From an uncultured bacterium (GTDB lineage: Bacteria; Auribacterota; JACPWU01): a DNA stretch of 32,000 nt. The stretch covers positions 154,353 to 186,352 of the forward strand of contig CAZXEQ010000005.1 in the NCBI GenBank assembly GCA_964640155.1, read 5' to 3'. Positions within the stretch are counted from its first letter, which is position 1, and each line of letters starts with the position of its first letter. Made by a program: the position numbers and the translations under genes. The notes under the pieces are model-generated. The model saw only the letters and a program-made list of their open reading frames with translations, ran no database searches and was not told the DNA's origin. This document shows positions 26,415 through 32,000 of this stretch, in pieces.

Positions 26415-26444
26415 AACCTCTTCTTATCGAAGAGGTTTTTTTTT
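26415..26444 (+). terminator. Riboswitch expression-platform terminator
   Basis: AACCTCTTC, loop ttatc, GAAGAGGTT, then T9. The terminator 5' half contains CTTATC, which can pair instead with the P1 3' strand GATAAG as an antiterminator. Confidence 0.8.
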
Positions 26445-26487
26445 GGATGGATGGAGTAAAGTTTTAAGATCGTAAAGGGGAAAAACC

Positions 26488-27738
26488 GTGAAAGTAACCA
26501 CTGAAAAGAAATCTTATGTTTTAGGCCTGCGTTGTCGAGAATGTAATAAAGAATATACTCAGCAACCACTTCATGTGTGTGAAGATTGCTTTGGTCCTTT
26601 AGAAGCAGTTTATGATTATCCAGCCATTAAAAAAGTTCTTTCAAGAGAAAAAATTCTTTCTCGACGTCCTACGATGTGGCGTTATCGCGAATTGCTTCCT
26701 ATTGATGGAGATCCAACAGTCGGACTCGAAGTTGGTTTCACCCCCTTCTTTCGCTCAAAACGCTTAGCCGAAGCACTTGGACTTCAAGAACTTTATATTA
26801 AAAATGATGCAGTTAATCACCCTACTCTTTCTTTTAAAGATCGTGTTGTAGCTGTAGCACTTTCTAAAGCAAAAGAATTTGGATTTAAAACCGTGGCTTG
26901 TGCTTCCACAGGAAATTTAGCCAATTCCGTCGCCGCCAATGCATCTCAGGCAGGGCTTGAAAGCTATATTTTTATTCCTGCTGATTTAGAGCAAGGCAAA
27001 GTTCTAGGAACCTTAGTGTTTGGAACAAATCTCATTGGCATTCATGGAACATATGATGAAGTCAATCGCCTTTGCAGTGAGATTGCAGATAAATATGGTT
27101 GGGCCTTTGTAAATATTAATATCCGTCCCTTTTATGGAGAAGGCTCTAAGACCTATACCTTCGAAATTATGGAACAAATGGGCTGGCGAGTTCCACAAAA
27201 TATCGTGGTGCCTATGGCAGGAGGCTCTTTGATCACAAAAGTTCGAAAAGCGATGAAAGAGTTTTACGATTTGGGTTTGGTCGAAGATCATTCAACCAAA
27301 ATTCATGGAGCTCAAGCCGAAGGATGCGGTCCTATAGTTCATGCGGTTCTTGCGGGTCATGAATTTTTTAAGCCTGAAAAGCCCAATACTATTGCAAAAT
27401 CTTTGGCCATTGGAAATCCCGCTGATGGTTTTTATGCCATTAAGACAATTCGAGAAACGGGAGGTTGGGCCAATGGAGCAACTGACGAAGAAATCGTAGA
27501 CGCGATAAAACTCTTAGCCTCTACCGAAGGGATCTTTACAGAAACCGCCGGAGGTGTTACGCTTGCTGTCTTAAAAAAATTGATTGCATCAGGGCATATC
27601 CCTAAAGATGAATCTGTTGTTTTATGTATCACGGGGAATGGTCTCAAAACTCAGGAAGCACTTGTGGGTAAAGTGGGCCAGCCCACATTGATTGAAGCAA
27701 AACTTTCAGAGTTTGATAAAATATATAAGAAACCGTAA
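26488..27738 (+). CDS. Threonine-synthase-family PLP enzyme with N-terminal zinc ribbon
   Basis: PLP-lysine motif HPTLSFKDR, and an N-terminal CRECN...CEDC. GTG start with AAGGGG upstream. Confidence 0.85.
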   Translation: MKVTTEKKSYVLGLRCRECNKEYTQQPLHVCEDCFGPLEAVYDYPAIKKVLSREKILSRRPTMWRYRELLPIDGDPTVGLEVGFTPFFRSKRLAEALGLQELYIKNDAVNHPTLSFKDRVVAVALSKAKEFGFKTVACASTGNLANSVAANASQAGLESYIFIPADLEQGKVLGTLVFGTNLIGIHGTYDEVNRLCSEIADKYGWAFVNINIRPFYGEGSKTYTFEIMEQMGWRVPQNIVVPMAGGSLITKVRKAMKEFYDLGLVEDHSTKIHGAQAEGCGPIVHAVLAGHEFFKPEKPNTIAKSLAIGNPADGFYAIKTIRETGGWANGATDEEIVDAIKLLASTEGIFTETAGGVTLAVLKKLIASGHIPKDESVVLCITGNGLKTQEALVGKVGQPTLIEAKLSEFDKIYKKP

Positions 27739-27810
27739 TGCGTACCGCGTAATAGTTAAAAGCAAAACACTAACGTATAACGCATGACGATTAAGAAATG
27801 GAGAAAATTT

Positions 27811-28089
27811 ATGTCAACAATCGTAAGAATCCCGACCCCTTTGAGGAAACTAACAAATGGAAAAGGGGAAATACCTGTCACAGCTAAAAACGTTCAAGAA
27901 ATGATTGAACAACTTGAGAAAGATTTTCCAGGTATGAAATCTCGACTTTGTGATGAATCTGGAAGTGTTCGAAAATTTATTAATATTTTCATCAATGAAG
28001 AAGATATTCGTTTTAAGCAGAATATGGGGACAACCCTCAAAGACGGAGATGATGTCTCTATTGTTCCAGCCATTGCTGGAGGAAAGTAA
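27811..28089 (+). CDS. MoaD/ThiS-family sulfur-carrier protein
   Basis: The 92-aa product runs from ATG 27811 (GGAG 8 nt upstream). It has beta-grasp-like length and pattern and ends ...DDVSIVPAIAGGK. Confidence 0.7.
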   Translation: MSTIVRIPTPLRKLTNGKGEIPVTAKNVQEMIEQLEKDFPGMKSRLCDESGSVRKFINIFINEEDIRFKQNMGTTLKDGDDVSIVPAIAGGK

Positions 28090-28119
28090 AAACAGTCTAC
28101 AAATTACGGTTTTAAAACT

Positions 28120-28356
28120 ATGAAAGCTCGTTTTTATCTTACATTTACAGAAAAACTCATTCAAGAACCTGTAGTCTATCAATTAGGGCACAAGTTCAAA
28201 GTTGTAACTAATATTCGTAGTGCAGGAGTGAATTCTGGTGTGGGTCTTGTCGCTCTTGAGATGGATGGAGAAAATGCTGAAATTGATAAGGCCATCAAGT
28301 ACATGAAAGATCTTGGAGTCAAAGTTAAACCCATTGAGCAGGATGTGATGGAATAA
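28120..28356 (+). CDS. Stand-alone NIL-domain protein
   Basis: The 78-aa product has the pattern VVTNIRSAGVNSGVGLVALEMDGENAEIDKAIKYMKDLGVKV, which resembles the NIL domain at the C-terminus of MetN. Confidence 0.6.
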   Translation: MKARFYLTFTEKLIQEPVVYQLGHKFKVVTNIRSAGVNSGVGLVALEMDGENAEIDKAIKYMKDLGVKVKPIEQDVME

Positions 28357-28362
28357 TAAATC

Positions 28363-28947
28363 ATGTCAAAAGGCTTTACCCTCTGGTTTACAGGTCTTTC
28401 CGGTGCAGGAAAATCAACCTTGGCTTCTCTTTTTAATGAAGCGTTCAAAACCATCGAAAGAAAAGTAGAGCTTTTAGATGGAGATGAAGTTCGAACCCAT
28501 TTAAGCAAAGGCTTAAGCTTTAGCAAAGAAGACCGTGATATTAATATCCGCCGTATTGGTTTTGTCTGCAAACTCCTTACCCGAAATGATGTGATTGCTA
28601 TTACCGCTGCTATTTCACCTTATCGAGAAGTTCGAGAAGAAATTCGTAAAGACATCAAAAACTTTGTAGAAGTGTATGTCCAATGCCCGATCAAAGCCTT
28701 AGCCAAACGTGACGTCAAAGGACTTTATAAAAAAGCGTTGGCAGGAGAAGTGAAAAATTTTACAGGGATTTCGGATCCTTATGAAGAACCTCTCCACCCC
28801 GAAGTCACTGTGCATTCTGACAAAGAAACCGTAGAAGAAAGTGCTTCAAAAGTCATTACTAAACTTCTTGAACTTCGCTATCTTTCTAAAGATGAATTCA
28901 GTCGCATCAAAGACACTTTTAAAAAGTCCTCAAAAACATTAAAATAA
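28363..28947 (+). CDS. cysC: Adenylyl-sulfate (APS) kinase
   Basis: P-loop GLSGAGKST, then LDGDEVR and FSKEDRDINIRR, all typical of CysC. Confidence 0.85.
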   Translation: MSKGFTLWFTGLSGAGKSTLASLFNEAFKTIERKVELLDGDEVRTHLSKGLSFSKEDRDINIRRIGFVCKLLTRNDVIAITAAISPYREVREEIRKDIKNFVEVYVQCPIKALAKRDVKGLYKKALAGEVKNFTGISDPYEEPLHPEVTVHSDKETVEESASKVITKLLELRYLSKDEFSRIKDTFKKSSKTLK

Positions 28948-28956
28948 CGTTTAGAC

Positions 28957-29961
28957 ATGAAAATCATCTTTTTTGAATTAACAAAACAAGAAAAAGCTTT
29001 CCTTAAAAAAAATTCTTTTCTAAAAAATAACGAAACTGAAATGCTTCTTGAAGAGATTTCATTAGAAACTCTTCAAGAAAATAAGAATTGCGAAATTCTC
29101 TCTGTTTTTATCCACTCAAAAGTCCAAAGAAAACACTTAGATCTACTTCCTAAACTTCGTCTCATTGCGACAAGATCAACAGGCTTTGATCATATTGATT
29201 TAGCTGCCTGCAAGGAACGAAACATCAAAGTAGCCAATGTTCCCCATTATGGAGAAAACACGGTTGCTGAACATACGTTCGCCCTCATCCTTTCTTTATC
29301 TAGGAATGTTCATAAAGCCTATATTCGAACCACACGTGGAGATTTTTCGATGGAAGGGCTGCAAGGATTTGATCTTAAAGGAAAAACCATTGGCATTATT
29401 GGATCAGGCCGCATTGGCCTGCATGTGATTCAAATGGCAAAAGGTTTTGGAATGAATGTGCTTGCTTATGACATCAAGCAAGATTCATTTTTAGCTGAAG
29501 TTCTTAATTTTAAATATGTTTCTCTAGAAGAACTCCTTCAGTCTTCAGATATCATTAGTCTTCATTGCCCTTATAATGAGAAGACACATCATTTGATCAA
29601 TAGAGAAAAGATTCAACTTATTAAAAAAGGGGCTCTTCTTATCAATACAGCTCGCGGGGGTTTGGTCGACACCAATGCCCTTACAGAAGCTTTAGACAAA
29701 GGGATTCTTGCAGGAGCAGGACTTGATGTTCTGGAAGAAGAAGAAATGATCAAAGAGGAAAAAGAACTTTTATCAAAAAAATATCCGGAGGAAAAACTTC
29801 GTTTGCTGGTGCAAAATCATATTCTTCTTCATCGCGAAAATGTGGTGATCACCCCTCATATGGCCTTCAACAGTCGTGAAGCTTTAAATCGAATTTTAGA
29901 AACGACGCTTTCAAATATTGAAAATTTTGGGAATGGAAATTCTCAAAATTTTGTTAATTAA
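28957..29961 (+). CDS. D-isomer-specific 2-hydroxyacid dehydrogenase (NAD-binding)
   Basis: Rossmann motif GIIGSGRIG and catalytic-region motifs NTARGGLVD, LDVLEEE and ITPHMAF. Confidence 0.8.
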   Translation: MKIIFFELTKQEKAFLKKNSFLKNNETEMLLEEISLETLQENKNCEILSVFIHSKVQRKHLDLLPKLRLIATRSTGFDHIDLAACKERNIKVANVPHYGENTVAEHTFALILSLSRNVHKAYIRTTRGDFSMEGLQGFDLKGKTIGIIGSGRIGLHVIQMAKGFGMNVLAYDIKQDSFLAEVLNFKYVSLEELLQSSDIISLHCPYNEKTHHLINREKIQLIKKGALLINTARGGLVDTNALTEALDKGILAGAGLDVLEEEEMIKEEKELLSKKYPEEKLRLLVQNHILLHRENVVITPHMAFNSREALNRILETTLSNIENFGNGNSQNFVN

Positions 29962-30081
29962 AGACAGTAATAGTAGTTCGCAATTTGTATTTCGTAAAAA
30001 CGAACTACGAATTACCAACTACGAATTGCGGTTTTTAACGTTTTTCTTTACATTGCAATACCTAAATGTTAAAGATTTTTT

Positions 30082-31002
30082 ATGTTCTATCCACGGTTTC
30101 TTGATCGTAATATACAAAAAGAACTTATTCAGTCCTTTTCTGGACACGGAATCTTTTTAGTCGGACTTTTCATATTTATGATTGCGACCTCGCAAACGAC
30201 TTATCGACATGACAAATTTGTAACGGTTCAATTAAAAAGTTTAGGAGGAACAAATGGATCTGGCGGAGGACAAGCAGGATCTTTAACACCTAAAACAATT
30301 CCTTCACCTGTTAAACCCGTTGTCAAAACACCGACTATTCCCACTCCTAAAAAAGAAACTCCACCCCAACCCAAAGTCGAAAAAGCTCCTCCTAAAACAC
30401 CCGCTCCTTCCAAACCACAAAATGCAAAGCCTAATATCACACCTGCACCCAAACCCTCTGCATCTCAAAATAAAATGCCCAGTCTTTCGGATCGTTTAAA
30501 GAATCGTTTAACGGAGGTCAAATCTGCCTCCAATAATGCAAAATTTGTAGAACCTCAAAAATGGGCCCCTGCTAGCCAACCCACTTCCAATCAACGTTTT
30601 GTTGAACCACAAGAATGGACCGGAGCTCAAAAAGCAGGACCCGGTACTTCAGCCCAAACTCAACTTGCTGTAGGTACAGGATCTGGACAAGGAGGATCGA
30701 GCTTTGGAAAAGAATTTCCTTTTGCATGGTATTTAGATCTTGTTCAGAATAAAATCACTATGAATTGGAAGGAACCGGCAAAGCCTTTGATTAAAGAAGG
30801 GAGTTTATCGGCCATTGTTTCTTTTGTTATTCGAAAGGATGGAAGTGTGAGCAAGGTAACACTTGTTGAGAGATCTACATTCGATGTTCTTAATCAATCT
30901 GTCATGGATGCTGTTCAGGCCTCCATTCCCCTTCCCCCTTTGCCTCAAAATTTTCAAGATGATGAACTGACTATTAAAATTAAATTCGAGCTAACCCAAT
31001 GA
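30082..31002 (+). CDS. TolA/TonB-family energy-transducer protein
   Basis: An N-terminal membrane anchor, a long Pro/Lys-rich spacer (PKPSASQ, PTPKKETPPQPK) and a TonB_C-like C-terminal domain. The stop overlaps the tolB start (ATGA). No tolQ/tolR lies immediately upstream. Confidence 0.7.
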   Translation: MFYPRFLDRNIQKELIQSFSGHGIFLVGLFIFMIATSQTTYRHDKFVTVQLKSLGGTNGSGGGQAGSLTPKTIPSPVKPVVKTPTIPTPKKETPPQPKVEKAPPKTPAPSKPQNAKPNITPAPKPSASQNKMPSLSDRLKNRLTEVKSASNNAKFVEPQKWAPASQPTSNQRFVEPQEWTGAQKAGPGTSAQTQLAVGTGSGQGGSSFGKEFPFAWYLDLVQNKITMNWKEPAKPLIKEGSLSAIVSFVIRKDGSVSKVTLVERSTFDVLNQSVMDAVQASIPLPPLPQNFQDDELTIKIKFELTQ

Positions 31003-32000
31003 GAAAAAATTTCTTTATCATGAGTATTTTTTTTATCGCTATTTTTTATTCAATTTTTGTTGAAGCTGCCCAAGTTGAACTTCAAATCACTAAACAAATC
31101 GCAAGAAGAACGCGAACTGCCATTCCCCTTTTTAAAGCAGTTGAGGGAAAAGCCCCTGCTGGATTTGAAGAAACACTGAGCTTTGATCTCAATCAATCTA
31201 GCTTTTTTGAAATTCTAAAAAATAAAAATGCAGTTCAAGCGGTTTCTGATACAGAATCACCAGATACGCTTACGCAAGGACCCAGATGGCGTAGTTTGGG
31301 AGCAGAAATTGTTGTTAAAGGAATTGCCAAATGGAATGGACAACAAGGAAGTATGGATGTTTATGCTTTTGATGTTGCAAGTCAAAACCGTATTTTTGCA
31401 AAAAGATATTCTTTTGATGCAAATACTCTAAGAAAAACAGCTCACACCTGCGCAAATGATTTGGTATATCGACTGACAGGAGAACAAGGCATTGCTGGAA
31501 CACGCATTGCCTATGTTGCAGGAGGCCCTCGAGGAAAGGAACTTTTTATCTGTGATGCCGATGGCAAAAATGTAAGACAACTCACACAAGACAGAAGCAT
31601 TATTTTAGGTGTCAGCTGGAACCCTGGGGGAGATAAACTCCTCTATACTTCATTTAAAGAAGGACAACCTCGCCTTTACATTCATGATTTGGCAAAGGGA
31701 CAACGCCAACGTCTTGCGGCTTACCCAGGACTCAATGCAGCTGCAAAATTTTCTCCGGATGGGAACCGCGTCGCAATGGTTTTATCCAAGGATGGGAATC
31801 CAGAAATTTATGTAGGAGATTTAGCTGGACGCAATCTTCAAAGACTCACTCAACATGCAGGGGTTGATAGTTCCCCTTGTTGGGCGCCTGATGGACAAAA
31901 AATTGCTTTTGTGTCAGATCGCAGTGGCAAACCTCACATTTATATTTTAGACTTAAAAGGTGGTCCATTAAGACGCGCCACACGTCAAGGACGTTACAAT
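30999..32000 (+). CDS. tolB: Tol-Pal system beta-propeller protein TolB, 3' end cut by the window edge
   Basis: Absent from the ORF track because there is no stop in the window. My manual translation is open for 334 codons: MRKNFFIMSIFFIAIF (signal), then IAYVAGGPRGKELFICDADGKNVRQLT, FSPDGNRVAMVLSKDGNPEIYV and WAPDGQKIAFVSDRSGKPHIYI propeller blades. Confidence 0.85.
   Translation, partial: MRKNFFIMSIFFIAIFYSIFVEAAQVELQITKQIARRTRTAIPLFKAVEGKAPAGFEETLSFDLNQSSFFEILKNKNAVQAVSDTESPDTLTQGPRWRSLGAEIVVKGIAKWNGQQGSMDVYAFDVASQNRIFAKRYSFDANTLRKTAHTCANDLVYRLTGEQGIAGTRIAYVAGGPRGKELFICDADGKNVRQLTQDRSIILGVSWNPGGDKLLYTSFKEGQPRLYIHDLAKGQRQRLAAYPGLNAAAKFSPDGNRVAMVLSKDGNPEIYVGDLAGRNLQRLTQHAGVDSSPCWAPDGQKIAFVSDRSGKPHIYILDLKGGPLRRATRQGRYN

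Noticed and set aside
26282-26569. 95-aa minus-strand ORF
   Set aside because: It overlaps the SAM-I riboswitch, its terminator and the start of the ThrC-like gene. The riboswitch assignment explains this DNA far better.

Overview
AT-rich bacterial chromosomal window. A TolA/TonB-like gene followed by TolB suggests a diderm organism. All calls come from reading the sequence and the supplied ORF track, with families recognised from memory; no database search was run.

Layout, left to right:
- 1-1828 (-): a 3'-truncated gene missing from the ORF track. It encodes an exported protein with a kinase-like core.
- 1979-11473 (-): one 3164-aa giant ORF.
- Housekeeping block: mtnP, tilS, a zinc-ribbon protein, two CAU tRNAs, a GT2 glycosyltransferase, amtB-glnK behind a sigma-54 promoter, a GAF histidine kinase, def, an ACT protein and pterin dehydratase.
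- HAD hydrolase and PolX, bracketed by two copies of a GC-rich ~128-nt element.
- Ferredoxin and an MFS transporter.
- A SAM-I riboswitch driving a ThrC-like / MoaD-like / NIL / APS-kinase / dehydrogenase operon.
- A TolA/TonB-like gene and a 3'-truncated tolB.

Most interesting points:
1. The giant ORF chains together modules I have not seen combined: an export signal, TraB/Tiki-like halves, an HExxH region, helical repeats, six 112-aa tandem repeats with mosaic conservation, and a complete Upf1/DNA2-like SF1 helicase. It also shares a 99-aa module (58/99 identical, hand count) with the exported kinase-like protein encoded just downstream.
2. The two-copy GC-rich element has perfect terminal inverted arms and compensatory base changes, so it is a candidate novel structured RNA or a miniature mobile element.
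3. The SAM-riboswitch operon looks like a sulfur-carrier-dependent homocysteine/methionine route.

I saw no CRISPR array, rRNA, transposase or integrase.
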